A stretch of 64,000 nt of DNA from an uncultured Gammaproteobacteria bacterium (GTDB lineage: Bacteria > Pseudomonadota > Gammaproteobacteria > GCA-001735895). Location of the stretch: NCBI GenBank assembly GCA_964651385.1, contig CAZYYM010000002.1, positions 3,627 to 67,626 of the forward strand. The letters are read 5' to 3'. The stretch's first letter is position 1, and the number at the start of each line of letters is the position of its first letter. A program made the translations under genes and the position numbers. This document shows positions 50,943 through 60,181 of this stretch, piece by piece. Under the pieces are notes generated by a model, which saw nothing but the letters and a program-made list of their open reading frames with translations, searched no databases and was not told the origin of the DNA.

Positions 50943-51776
50943 GTGTCCGACGCTATCGACAAAAATAAACGCTTCGCTGTAGTCGGTAATCCGGTAAGCC
51001 ACAGCCTGTCGCCCGCGATTCACCAGGCCTTTGCCGAACAATACCGAGTAACCTTAAGCTACGAAGCCATTGAAAACCCTGAAGATGATTTCGAGGCGGG
51101 ATTGAAAGGCCTGCAGCAACTGGGATACAAGGGGCTGAATGTCACCGTACCGTTCAAACAGCAGGCGGCTCAATTTTGCGATCGTAAAAGTCCCCGTGCA
51201 AAAGATGCTGGAGCGGTAAATACCATCATCTTTTTGGATAATGGCGAAATAGTCGGTGATAATACCGACGGTGTCGGGCTAACGCGTGATTTGGTGAATA
51301 ATCATAGTGCATTGATAAAACGCCGGAAAATTTTACTACTCGGTGCAGGCGGTGCAGTACGAGGCGTATTGCCGTCACTTTTAGCACTCAGCCCGGATAA
51401 TCTAACCCTTGCCAATCGTACCGTCGAAAAAGCCGAACTACTTGCTGAATATTTTAAAGGCATTGGTGACATTATTCCCAGTGCTTACGAAGACCTTGGG
51501 CGCGAAAAGTTTGATCTGATTATTAATGGGACATCCGCTGGATTAAAGCAGGAAGTGCCACACGTTCCCGACCAGGTACTAGGCGTAAATTCAATTTGCT
51601 ACGACATGATGTATAACCTGGACAAAGCCACGACATTCGTCGAGTGGGCACAAAGTCGAGGCGCTTCGCGCGCCATTGACGGTTTGGGAATGTTGGTAGA
51701 ACAGGCGGCCGAATCATTTTTTATCTGGCACAATATCCGCGTCGATACCACAAAAGTCATCACCTCGATTCGCTAG
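50943..51776 (+). CDS. aroE: shikimate dehydrogenase
   Basis: FAVVGNPVSHSLSPAIH, NVTVPFK, NTDGVG and NADP loop LLGAGGAVRG. GTG start. Confidence 0.94.
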   Translation: MSDAIDKNKRFAVVGNPVSHSLSPAIHQAFAEQYRVTLSYEAIENPEDDFEAGLKGLQQLGYKGLNVTVPFKQQAAQFCDRKSPRAKDAGAVNTIIFLDNGEIVGDNTDGVGLTRDLVNNHSALIKRRKILLLGAGGAVRGVLPSLLALSPDNLTLANRTVEKAELLAEYFKGIGDIIPSAYEDLGREKFDLIINGTSAGLKQEVPHVPDQVLGVNSICYDMMYNLDKATTFVEWAQSRGASRAIDGLGMLVEQAAESFFIWHNIRVDTTKVITSIR

Positions 51777-52112
51777 CAGACTGAATAATCGTCTAAGAAT
51801 CCTGTCGACCACAAATGTTTCCAGATTATTATTAAATCAGCCCGTGAATGTTTCGAAACCGGCACTTTGTCGACAGGCTTAAACAAATTATTTCTGGCAC
51901 CCTGAAAAGAACCTGCCATATCAAACGACTAACATCTGAAATTTCATACCGTGGCCGAAGGTGTCCAAGCTCACGAAGTACTGGAATTCTTATTAGCGAA
52001 AGACGGCGTGAATTTTCAAGATTAATATTTAGCCAAGCCCGAGCCGCTCAATCTCCTGATAAAACCTACGCAATCCAAATTGCTTTTTTACCGGAAACGA
52101 CCGGATAATAAA

Positions 52113-52150
52113 CGAAGCGCGATCACCCGGGGGAATTGAGTCGCGCTTCG
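52113..52150 (-). terminator. 10-bp GC-rich hairpin overlapping the last codons of the 52123..52989 gene
   Basis: cgaagcgcga (52113-52122) pairs with tcgcgcttcg (52141-52150) around an 18-nt loop. On the minus strand it is followed by tttattat. The stop codon sits inside the structure. Confidence 0.5.
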
Positions 52151-52989
52151 CCCTCCTTCTGCCTGGTTGAATGCATAACTGCCACGCTTGCCGGAACAAA
52201 AAATCGCAGCCCAGGAGCGTCTTTTATTATTATCGTTTTACGGGGGTATAACGTGAGGACACCCCTGGCTGCGATCACCACCTGAACAAGTAGTAACCAG
52301 AAAAATAAAGAAAAACTGCCGGCACCGTGCGAAATCGAGAATGCTACCTCTTCAAAAACAATGCCTTCGTCACGATTGATATCTTCGAGCATAATCTCTT
52401 TTCCAAGATAGTGGCGATCGAGTATATCGCTGGTAACCATACCCGTATGATTGAGGCTGTAGATTTCTACCAACACGGCGTAGTAGCCCGGTGGGTAACC
52501 TTCTACTAGCTCGGTCGTCACTTCGTAGGTGTCGCCGACGTCATTCTGAAATATATTGAACAAGTCACTTGTAGCGTATTGAATCCATGGACCGCCTTCT
52601 CTACTAAGATATAACTTGGCGTATAAAGTAGCCCTGTCGTAGTCGACGTCAACGTCGAAAATTACATTGAGTGCGTGATGATAGCCATCACCGTCGATAT
52701 CAGACAGCAACTCAACATCAGCGTCGTAAATCGAGAAGTACTGGTCGTGTCGATTGGCAATAGCGGATAGCTGTTGTCGCGATTTAATCGTTGCAGGCTC
52801 TAACAACTTACCACTGACAATTTTCTGCCCCTTTACTGCCTCGAGCAGATTTAAGCCGCTATCGCTCACCCGTTTGCCAATCGAACGGGATGTCTGTACA
52901 GGATTGCTTTCGAAAGCAGTCTGGGCAAAAACACTCAGGTTGATCAAACATAATAGACTTGCCAAACCGAACTGTGATTTGATATCCAT
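52123..52989 (-). CDS. secreted hypothetical protein with DGDGY motif and a sorting-signal-like hydrophobic segment
   Basis: Signal peptide MDIKSQFGLASLLCLINLSVFAQTA. Acidic repeat region (DIDGDGYHHALNVIFDVDVDYD). GAGS + hydrophobic helix + AAR (HGAGSFSLFFWLLLVQVVIAARG), followed by 45 further residues. Confidence 0.6.
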   Translation of the reverse strand: MDIKSQFGLASLLCLINLSVFAQTAFESNPVQTSRSIGKRVSDSGLNLLEAVKGQKIVSGKLLEPATIKSRQQLSAIANRHDQYFSIYDADVELLSDIDGDGYHHALNVIFDVDVDYDRATLYAKLYLSREGGPWIQYATSDLFNIFQNDVGDTYEVTTELVEGYPPGYYAVLVEIYSLNHTGMVTSDILDRHYLGKEIMLEDINRDEGIVFEEVAFSISHGAGSFSLFFWLLLVQVVIAARGVLTLYPRKTIIIKDAPGLRFFVPASVAVMHSTRQKEGEARLNSPG

Positions 52990-53009
52990 TGCACTGACCC
53001 ATTAACCGA

Positions 53010-53333
53010 TTAATGTCTTTTCGTTTTATAGCGATAGCCACCGCTGTTGTGGCTATACTGGTAATGTGAGCCATAGTGCCCACCATTATATCCTCCTTGC
53101 CCGTAATACGAATTCTGACCGTAGTGACCACTATGACCATGCCGATGTTTCTTTTTGTAGTGGTAACGGTGTGAGTGGGCATGGTTATACAGTATCGATG
53201 CAAAGACACCAATTGCTACATAGGGGAAAATCGAATGCCGGTTGTGGTCGGCTCTGGCTGTAGATACCATCGAACCGGCAACGAGCAACATCGAAACAAG
53301 CGATACCTTTAAAGCCGTCTTGAAATTAACCAT
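53010..53333 (-). CDS. small secreted His/Tyr/Gly-rich protein
   Basis: ATG 53333 preceded by gaggaaa. Signal peptide MVNFKTALKVSLVSMLLVAGSMVSTARA, one hydrophobic segment, then a low-complexity tail HSHRYHYKKKHRHGHSGHYGQNSYYGQGGYNGGHYGSHYQYSHNSGGYRYKTKRH. Confidence 0.6.
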   Translation of the reverse strand: MVNFKTALKVSLVSMLLVAGSMVSTARADHNRHSIFPYVAIGVFASILYNHAHSHRYHYKKKHRHGHSGHYGQNSYYGQGGYNGGHYGSHYQYSHNSGGYRYKTKRH

Positions 53334-53461
53334 CACATTTCCTCGTGTCGTGAATGAATGGTGACAATTTACTCCAGCTAGACTGAATAGCCGCTGAACC
53401 GCAGAATTCATTTCAGCAACGAGAAATAATTCGCTTTATGGCAGATTTTTTCTGGCGCACA

Positions 53462-53488
53462 TAAAAAAGGCCGGAATCTCCGGCCTTT
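53462..53488 (-). terminator. rho-independent terminator of rpsT
   Basis: The minus strand reads aaaggccgga-gat-tccggcctttttt plus at. 7-bp GC stem, 3-nt loop, 6-T tract (3 of the T pair with the flanking aaa), 25 nt after the stop. Confidence 0.85.
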
Positions 53489-53513
53489 ATTGACGAGCTG
53501 AGTGACGACTCGA

Positions 53514-53774
53514 TTACATCGCCTTAATCTGAGTATTCATGCGGCTCTTATGACGTGCAGCTTTATTCCTGCTGATAATGCCGGCAGTTGCAGAGCTATC
53601 AAGCACCGGTACAACTTTCTTATAGGCGGCTTCGGCTGCAGCTTTGTCGGCTGATGCGATAGCGGCAACAGCGGCTTTGAGATAGGTACGCATCATTGAG
53701 CGGCGGCTCGCGTTACGTTGACGGCGTTGTTCGGCCTGACTCGCACGTTTTTTTGCTGAAGCTGAATTTGCCAA
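53514..53774 (-). CDS. rpsT: 30S ribosomal protein S20
   Basis: [11 protein letters not shown]...[17 protein letters not shown] is the canonical S20 sequence. It starts with TTG, as E. coli rpsT does. Confidence 0.96.
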   Translation of the reverse strand: MANSASAKKRASQAEQRRQRNASRRSMMRTYLKAAVAAIASADKAAAEAAYKKVVPVLDSSATAGIISRNKAARHKSRMNTQIKAM

Positions 53775-53812
53775 GGTTGACTCCTGGATTGGACTTAAAA
53801 AATCAGGCGCGC

Positions 53813-53841
53813 ATTATCTTCACTGACCGTCGCAGTGTCAA
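53813..53841 (-). promoter_or_regulatory. sigma70-type promoter of rpsT
   Basis: The minus strand reads TTGACA (53841-53836), a 17-nt spacer, then GATAAT (53818-53813). The -10 hexamer ends 38 nt upstream of the TTG start. Confidence 0.6.
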
Positions 53842-54237
53842 CCCGATTAGCCTTAAAATTGCGGTTAGTTTAATTTATCTTTGTGGTATTCCGCTATCCA
53901 GAAGGAAGTCGATTTTCTTCAGCCGTTATCGATAAAATTCACACTCATTTTGCACTCATTAGCGCTTTTGCCTGCGAATCGGCCAATGCTCCTGGGCAAA
54001 AAAGGCCGTCGTCCATCCAGGTCCTGGGGGGTGGGGAATTGATTTTAGGATTTTGCGGCCAGCGAGTAACCTTGTAAGTTAAAAGTTTGACAGGATTTTA
54101 AAAAGACAGGAAAATTCCCCAATGAGAAGTGTTCAAAATAATCAATCGGCAAAGGTCGCGGATTGCCAGCGAATTAGGCTGTTATGTAACACTTAGAGAA
54201 AACTACAATAGACTCATTGGGATCAAAGTAGCTGATA

Positions 54238-54417
54238 TCATTTAGGTAATACCCGACCAGCCTGCAAAGCCGCAATATTAACAACCGTTTCAACTCGAAT
54301 TAAACGCCTGTCCACATCGGTTAACAATGTCTCGACTCGCTCGATGTCCTTATTCAATTTTTTTGTTTCATCGGTAAGCGTTAACACATCGACCAGAATA
54401 TCTTTCCAGCTAGCCAT
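54238..54417 (-). CDS. unlisted 59-codon ORF, predicted all-helical/coiled-coil protein
   Basis: My own translation of the minus strand: MASWKDILVDVLTLTDETKKLNKDIERVETLLTDVDRRLIRVETVVNIAALQAGRVLPK, stop TGA at 54240-54238. The ATG shares its A with the TAA of the RHH gene (TAATG). One codon short of the 60-aa track cutoff. Confidence 0.5.
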   Translation of the reverse strand: MASWKDILVDVLTLTDETKKLNKDIERVETLLTDVDRRLIRVETVVNIAALQAGRVLPK

Positions 54418-54689
54418 TATCGAGGCCCTGCTTCAATCTTTTTGAGGGTTTTGTTTAAGCGTCGACGCGTTTTCTGCGTATCGGAAATAGCTTCCTTAAG
54501 CTTCATTGATGCAACTTCGAGTAACTCGATAGATTCAGTCGAATCATTGTCCGGATCAAAATAGTCAATAGCATTACGCACGACTTCGGCAACAGACGAT
54601 TTACGCTTGTTTGCAACAGTTTCCAGTTTTTCAATATTTTCAGCCGAAAGCAGAACCTGCTTGCGTACCAACGTTGCTGATCTTGCCAT
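54417..54689 (-). CDS. ribbon-helix-helix (CopG/Arc/MetJ-like) DNA-binding protein
   Basis: KQVLLSAENIEKLETVANKRKSSVAEVVRNAIDYF fits the beta-strand, helix, helix RHH pattern. It is followed by a ~45-aa charged helical tail. Confidence 0.65.
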   Translation of the reverse strand: MARSATLVRKQVLLSAENIEKLETVANKRKSSVAEVVRNAIDYFDPDNDSTESIELLEVASMKLKEAISDTQKTRRRLNKTLKKIEAGPR

Positions 54690-54802
54690 ATAGAATCTCC
54701 AGAATCATGCTTACATTATACACATACACACTACATACACAACTTCCAAACCTTAGGCTAAACGAACTTTACTAAAATAACTGATAACTCAACCATTTCA
54801 AT

Positions 54803-54824
54803 GCTAAAATCTCGCGATTTTAGC
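54803..54824. promoter_or_regulatory. 9-bp-arm palindrome gctaaaatc-tcgc-gattttagc in the RHH/murJ divergent region
   Basis: Read directly from the sequence. It lies 114-135 nt upstream of the RHH start and 31-52 nt upstream of the preferred murJ GTG start. Candidate operator or 5'-UTR hairpin. Confidence 0.4.
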
Positions 54825-54854
54825 GCCAGCGCAGCCCAAACCCGTCAAACATAC

Positions 54855-56405
54855 GTGTCTAGCCTGATTAAATCCACGCTTTCGGTCGGTTCGATGACTA
54901 TGCTTTCCCGCATTCTCGGTCTGGCCCGAGACATCACCATAGCCCGATTTTTCTCGGCCGGCGATGCAGCTGACGCGTTTTTTGTCGCTTTTAAAATCCC
55001 AAATTTCCTGCGACGTCTGTTTGCCGAGGGCGCATTTTCACTCGCATTCGTGCCGGTACTAACCGAATATCGTAATCAGTTCACACCCGCCGAAACGCGT
55101 GAATTGATCAACCGGGTTGCCGGTACCATGGGAATTATTTTGCTATTGCTGTCTGCTATCGGTGTGTTTGCCTCGCCCTTATTGATCAGTGTATTTGCAG
55201 CAGGATTCATTGACCAACCGGAAAAGTTTTCGCTAACGGCGGATATGCTTCGAATTACTTTTCCCTATATATTACTTATTTCTATGACCGCTATGGCGGG
55301 CGGAATTCTCAATACCTGGAAACATTTCCTGGTACCCGCATTCACACCGGTATTGCTCAACTTGAGCATGATCGCCTGCGCGCTGTGGTTAAGTCCGCGT
55401 CTTGATCTACCGATTACCGCGCTGGCCTGGGGCGTTTTGATCGCTGGTATTCTGCAATTGTTATTTCAATTGCCGTTCCTCTACCAGAAAGGTCTTCTAC
55501 CGAGGCCAGCCTGGGGCTGGCGCCACCCAGGCGTCCAGAAAATTATAAAACTGATGATTCCCGCCCTGTTTGGCTCATCAGTGGCGCAAATTAATTTACT
55601 ATTCGATACCTTTATCGCCTCATTTCTGATTTCCGGCAGCGTATCCTGGCTATATTATTCAGACCGGCTACTGGAATTCCCGCTCGGTGTTTTCGGCATC
55701 GCACTGGCAACCGTGGTATTACCCAATCTCTCCGAAGCCCATTATAAAAAAGGAGCTACGCATTTCGCGTCAACACTGCATTGGGCGATTCAATTGTCGT
55801 TACTCATCGCAATACCCGCTGCAATCGGGCTGTTTCTGCTGGCCCAACCGATTCTTGCGACCCTGTTCCAATACGGTGCGTTTGCAGATCACGATTCATT
55901 AATGGCAGCCTATAGCCTGATGGCCTACAGCCTGGGCCTTCCCGCGATGGTCCTGATCAAGATTCTCGCCAACGGATTCTACGCGCGGCAGGACAGCAAA
56001 ACGCCGGTGCGCATCGGTATTCGCGCGATGTGCCTCAACATGCTGCTCAACATCATCCTGGTATTATGGATGATCAACACAGATTTCATGGCCCCGCATG
56101 TCGGTCTCGCACTGGCAACCACTGGCTCGGCTTATTTCAATGCCGTTATGCTGGCATGGACGTTACACAAAGAAGCCATTCTAGAAATTTCAGGCTCGTT
56201 TAATCACATGTTGTTGAAAATACTCATCGCCTGCTGCGCCATGTCGGCAGTCATTATACTGTTGTTACCCGATAGCAATGTCTGGACGGACTGGCGCTGG
56301 TATACCCGTACTCTCGAACTCGGCCGCTTAATCCTGCCGGCCTTGTTGTGTTACGGTTTAATGCTTTGGATAATGGGTATCCGACGCCAACAGTTCATCA
56401 CCTGA
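54855..56405 (+). CDS. murJ: lipid II flippase MurJ
   Basis: SMTMLSRILGLARD...DAFFVAFKIPNFLRRLFAEGAFSLAFVPVL aligns residue-for-residue with the E. coli MurJ N-terminus when the GTG at 54855 is used. The ORF track starts at ATG 54801. Confidence 0.92.
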   Translation: MSSLIKSTLSVGSMTMLSRILGLARDITIARFFSAGDAADAFFVAFKIPNFLRRLFAEGAFSLAFVPVLTEYRNQFTPAETRELINRVAGTMGIILLLLSAIGVFASPLLISVFAAGFIDQPEKFSLTADMLRITFPYILLISMTAMAGGILNTWKHFLVPAFTPVLLNLSMIACALWLSPRLDLPITALAWGVLIAGILQLLFQLPFLYQKGLLPRPAWGWRHPGVQKIIKLMIPALFGSSVAQINLLFDTFIASFLISGSVSWLYYSDRLLEFPLGVFGIALATVVLPNLSEAHYKKGATHFASTLHWAIQLSLLIAIPAAIGLFLLAQPILATLFQYGAFADHDSLMAAYSLMAYSLGLPAMVLIKILANGFYARQDSKTPVRIGIRAMCLNMLLNIILVLWMINTDFMAPHVGLALATTGSAYFNAVMLAWTLHKEAILEISGSFNHMLLKILIACCAMSAVIILLLPDSNVWTDWRWYTRTLELGRLILPALLCYGLMLWIMGIRRQQFIT

Positions 56406-56419
56406 TTTTACTGATAATC

Positions 56420-57364
56420 ATGCAACTGATCCGTGGACTACACAACCTGACCCGCCAATTACCACCCTGCGCGGTAACTATCGGCAATTTCGATGGTATA
56501 CACCTGGGGCATCAGCATGTACTGGAACAATTAAAAAATTCCGCCGAACAACGCAAACTGCCTGCTGCAGCAATAGTCTTCGAACCACAACCTATCGAGT
56601 TCTTTGCGCCAGATATGGCACCTAAACGACTGGCTCGATTTCGCGAAAAACTGAACTACCTGAAATCGCAGGATATCGATTTTCTGCTCTGCCTCAAATT
56701 CGACAAGAAATTAGCCGAACTCGACGCTAAGGATTTTGTTAAAACCATTCTGATCGACGGTTTGAATACACACCATCTGGTAATCGGCGATGATTTCCGC
56801 TTCGGCAAGAATCGTCTGGGCGACTTCGAATTGCTACGGGAATGTGGCCGGGAATTCGGTTTCGAGGTCGAAAACAGCGACACGTTGTCAATCGATGGTC
56901 ACCGCGTCAGTAGCACACGTATTCGTGCCAGCATCCAGAGCGATGATTTTGCACAGGCCGAACAGTTACTCGGACGGCCTTATTCGCTCTCCGGTAAGGT
57001 CTCACATGGCAAAAAACTCGGTCGAGAGCTTGGTTTCCCGACAATTAATATCAAAATGGGCGACAAAACCCTGATTGTTAAAGGAATATTTGCGGTCAGG
57101 GTGAAAGGTATAGATAATCGTGTGCTAAAGGGCGTTGCCAGTATTGGTACACGCCCGACGGTGAATGGCGTCGACACTATTCTTGAAGTATATATCCTCG
57201 ATTTCGATCAAGACGTGTACGGCTATTGTGTCGATGTGGAATTTTTACACAAAATTCGGAACGAAGAGAAATTCGATTCGCTGGAGGAGCTCACCAGCCA
57301 TATCGCAAATGACATCAACCTGGCGAAAACCTATTTTGCAAACCTGTTAGCAAGCGGAAATTGA
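56420..57364 (+). CDS. ribF: bifunctional riboflavin kinase/FMN adenylyltransferase
   Basis: MQLIRGLHNL...TIGNFDGIHLGHQ, plus the C-terminal kinase part GFPTINI...IGTRPTV...EVYILDF. ATG 56420 matches the E. coli RibF N-terminus. Confidence 0.95.
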   Translation: MQLIRGLHNLTRQLPPCAVTIGNFDGIHLGHQHVLEQLKNSAEQRKLPAAAIVFEPQPIEFFAPDMAPKRLARFREKLNYLKSQDIDFLLCLKFDKKLAELDAKDFVKTILIDGLNTHHLVIGDDFRFGKNRLGDFELLRECGREFGFEVENSDTLSIDGHRVSSTRIRASIQSDDFAQAEQLLGRPYSLSGKVSHGKKLGRELGFPTINIKMGDKTLIVKGIFAVRVKGIDNRVLKGVASIGTRPTVNGVDTILEVYILDFDQDVYGYCVDVEFLHKIRNEEKFDSLEELTSHIANDINLAKTYFANLLASGN

Positions 57365-60181
57365 GTGACTGATTACAAACATACCTTGAACCTGCCCGAT
57401 ACCAAATTCCCGATGCGCGGCAACCTTGCCAATCGCGAACCCGAACGTCTACAAAACTGGCTGGACAACAACCTCTATCAGAAAATTCGCAAGTCTCGTG
57501 ACGGCAGAAAGCGTTACGTCTTGCATGATGGCCCGCCTTACGCCAACGGAGATATTCATATCGGTCACGCAGTTAACAAGATTCTCAAAGACATGATCGT
57601 CAAGGCACGTACTTTAAATGGTGAGGATGCGCCTTATGTTCCCGGCTGGGACTGTCATGGATTGCCTATTGAACATCAGGTCGAGAAAAATATCGGTAAG
57701 GCCGGAGTCAAGGTCGAAGTCGATACTTTTCGTCAGGCCTGTCGGGATTATGCGTTAAAACAGATCGATAAGCAGAAGACTGATTTCATTCGACTCGGCG
57801 TACTCGGTGACTGGCACCGCCCCTATCTGACCATGAATTACGATACCGAAGCAAATATCGTTCGATCACTGGGTAAGATTATTGAAAACGGGCATTTGCA
57901 CAAAGGCGATAAACCGGTGCACTGGTGTACCGACTGTGGCTCGGCACTAGCCGAGGCCGAAGTTGATTACCGGGACAAGGTATCACCCGCCATTGATGTT
58001 AAATTTCCGGTCGTAGACGAACAGTCTTTTATAGAGTTGCTCGATGGGCACCCCGGAGAAGGCCCTTTGTCCGTTTTGATCTGGACGACAACGCCCTGGA
58101 CACTACCGGCCAATCTTGCGGTGTCTCTTAATCCTGATTTTGACTATGTAGTTGTGCAGGTTGATGGTGAACAGTTATTTCTTGCGGAAGATTTACTCAA
58201 GACATCCATGGCACGTTACGGCCTTGAAGATTATAAAATACTCGCGCGCGGCAAAGGCGAAGCGCTCGAGAGTCAAAAATTACGTCATCCGTTTTATGAT
58301 CGCGAATCGCTGGTTGTGACTGGCGATCATGTCACCCTGGAAGCAGGCACCGGCGCGGTACACACGGCTCCCGGTCACGGCCAGGATGATTTCATTATCG
58401 GCAAAAAATACGGCCTGGATATTTTCAATCCAGTGGGTGACGACGGTTGCTTTCTTCCCAATACCGAGTTCTTTGCAAACGAACATGTATTCAAGGCTAA
58501 CGATCTTGTTATCGAAAAATTAAAAGACAGTAATGCCCTGTTGCATGTGGAAAAGTTTAACCATAGCTATCCGCATTGCTGGCGTCACAAGACACCGATT
58601 ATTTTTCGCGCCACACCACAATGGTTTATCAGCATGGAGCAGGCCGGTTTGCGCGACCTCGCCATGGCCGAAATTAAAAAAGTGCAATGGGTGCCCAGCT
58701 GGGGACAGGCACGTATCGAAAGCATGATCGAAAAACGCCCGGACTGGTGTATTTCGCGTCAGCGTTTCTGGGGTGTACCGATTCCTTTGTTTGTTAACAA
58801 AGAAACCCAGGAAATTCATCCACGAACCGCTGAATTGATCGAAGAAGTAGCCAGGCACATAGAAAAGGCCGGCATCCAGGCCTGGTTTTCGCTTAAAGCC
58901 GAAGATCTGCTCGGCGAAGAAGCGGCAGATTACAACAAGCTGAGTGATACGCTGGATGTCTGGTTTGATTCGGGTACCACACATTTCAGTGTATTACAGC
59001 ACGACGAATATGATCGCTTTTCATTTCCCGCGGACATGTACCTCGAAGGATCTGATCAACACCGTGGCTGGTTCCATTCGTCCCTGCTGGCCTCCTGCGC
59101 CATGCACGGTCAGGCGCCTTATAAACAGGTATTGACCCACGGATTCACCGTCGATGCAAAAGGCATGAAAATGTCCAAGTCAGTTGGAAACGTGGTGGCA
59201 CCCAACAAAGTCATGAAGACCCTCGGCGCAGATATATTGCGCCTGTGGGTGGCATCGACCGATTACTCCGGCGAAATGTCGATTTCCGATGAAATTCTAA
59301 AACGCACTGCTGATTCCTATCGCCGAATTCGTAATACACTGCGTTTTTTGCTAGCTAATACCAACGGATTCGAACCGGATCATCACCTGGTCAACGCCAA
59401 ACACATGCTGGCGCTGGATAGCTGGATTGTCGCCGAAACACTGACTGTACAAAACGAGCTGAAAGAACTCTATAACGCCTACCAATTTCATACTGCCATA
59501 CAGAAAATTCACAACTTCTGCTCAGAGACTCTCGGTGGCTTTTACCTTGATGTCATCAAGGACCGTCAGTATACCACACAAGCCGATTCGGTGGCGCGCC
59601 GCTCCTGTCAGACGGCCATGTACCATGTAGTAGAAGCGATGACTCGCTGGATTGCACCCATCCTGAGCTTTACTGCCGATGAGATCTGGGAAAACCTGCC
59701 GGGCGAGCACGAGGCACTGGGTGCTTTTACTGCAGAATGGTACGAAGGCCTGTCAGCCTACAATAATAGCAATATCGAATCCGGTGTCTGGGATGTGTTA
59801 GAGCTGGTACGCGGTGAAGTCACCAAAGCTTTGGAAATTCTCCGTCAGGAAAGCAGGATTGGGTCCGGGCTCGACGCTGAAGTGACGATTTATGCCGAGC
59901 GGAACTTGCTTGATCAGTTATCGGTTATCAGTGAAGAACTGCGTTTCGTATTGATTACCTCGGAAGCAAAGCTGCTACAACTTGACGATTCAATAGAAGA
60001 AGCCGTTAAGCTCGCCGACGGATCGTCGATTGCAGTTAAAGTATTGCCCAGCGAGTATGCCAAATGCGTACGCTGCTGGCATCACCGACCAGAAGTTGGC
60101 GATGATGATACCCACCCGAAACTCTGCGGGCGCTGTATAGAGAATGTCGATGGTCGGGGTGAAAATCGACTCTATGCCTGA
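57365..60181 (+). CDS. ileS: isoleucine--tRNA ligase
   Basis: HIGH motif ([12 protein letters not shown]), KMSKS motif, C-terminal zinc cysteines (CVRCWHH...CGRC). 938 aa, GTG start. Confidence 0.98.
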   Translation: MTDYKHTLNLPDTKFPMRGNLANREPERLQNWLDNNLYQKIRKSRDGRKRYVLHDGPPYANGDIHIGHAVNKILKDMIVKARTLNGEDAPYVPGWDCHGLPIEHQVEKNIGKAGVKVEVDTFRQACRDYALKQIDKQKTDFIRLGVLGDWHRPYLTMNYDTEANIVRSLGKIIENGHLHKGDKPVHWCTDCGSALAEAEVDYRDKVSPAIDVKFPVVDEQSFIELLDGHPGEGPLSVLIWTTTPWTLPANLAVSLNPDFDYVVVQVDGEQLFLAEDLLKTSMARYGLEDYKILARGKGEALESQKLRHPFYDRESLVVTGDHVTLEAGTGAVHTAPGHGQDDFIIGKKYGLDIFNPVGDDGCFLPNTEFFANEHVFKANDLVIEKLKDSNALLHVEKFNHSYPHCWRHKTPIIFRATPQWFISMEQAGLRDLAMAEIKKVQWVPSWGQARIESMIEKRPDWCISRQRFWGVPIPLFVNKETQEIHPRTAELIEEVARHIEKAGIQAWFSLKAEDLLGEEAADYNKLSDTLDVWFDSGTTHFSVLQHDEYDRFSFPADMYLEGSDQHRGWFHSSLLASCAMHGQAPYKQVLTHGFTVDAKGMKMSKSVGNVVAPNKVMKTLGADILRLWVASTDYSGEMSISDEILKRTADSYRRIRNTLRFLLANTNGFEPDHHLVNAKHMLALDSWIVAETLTVQNELKELYNAYQFHTAIQKIHNFCSETLGGFYLDVIKDRQYTTQADSVARRSCQTAMYHVVEAMTRWIAPILSFTADEIWENLPGEHEALGAFTAEWYEGLSAYNNSNIESGVWDVLELVRGEVTKALEILRQESRIGSGLDAEVTIYAERNLLDQLSVISEELRFVLITSEAKLLQLDDSIEEAVKLADGSSIAVKVLPSEYAKCVRCWHHRPEVGDDDTHPKLCGRCIENVDGRGENRLYA

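Noticed and set aside
51848-52108. 86-aa ORF, a 48-codon minus-strand ORF and a cctgtcgac...gtcgacagg inverted repeat in the 346-nt aroE-downstream gap.
   Set aside because: The translations are Arg-rich noise or unrecognisable with no RBS. The repeat arms are only 9 nt around a palindromic GTCGAC core with a ~59-nt loop, which is not distinguishable from chance.
53696-54077. Two track ORFs (53696-53935 and 53883-54077) between rpsT and the RHH cassette.
   Set aside because: The first is antisense to rpsT and its promoter. The second has no RBS or motif. The region is better explained as promoter/leader DNA.
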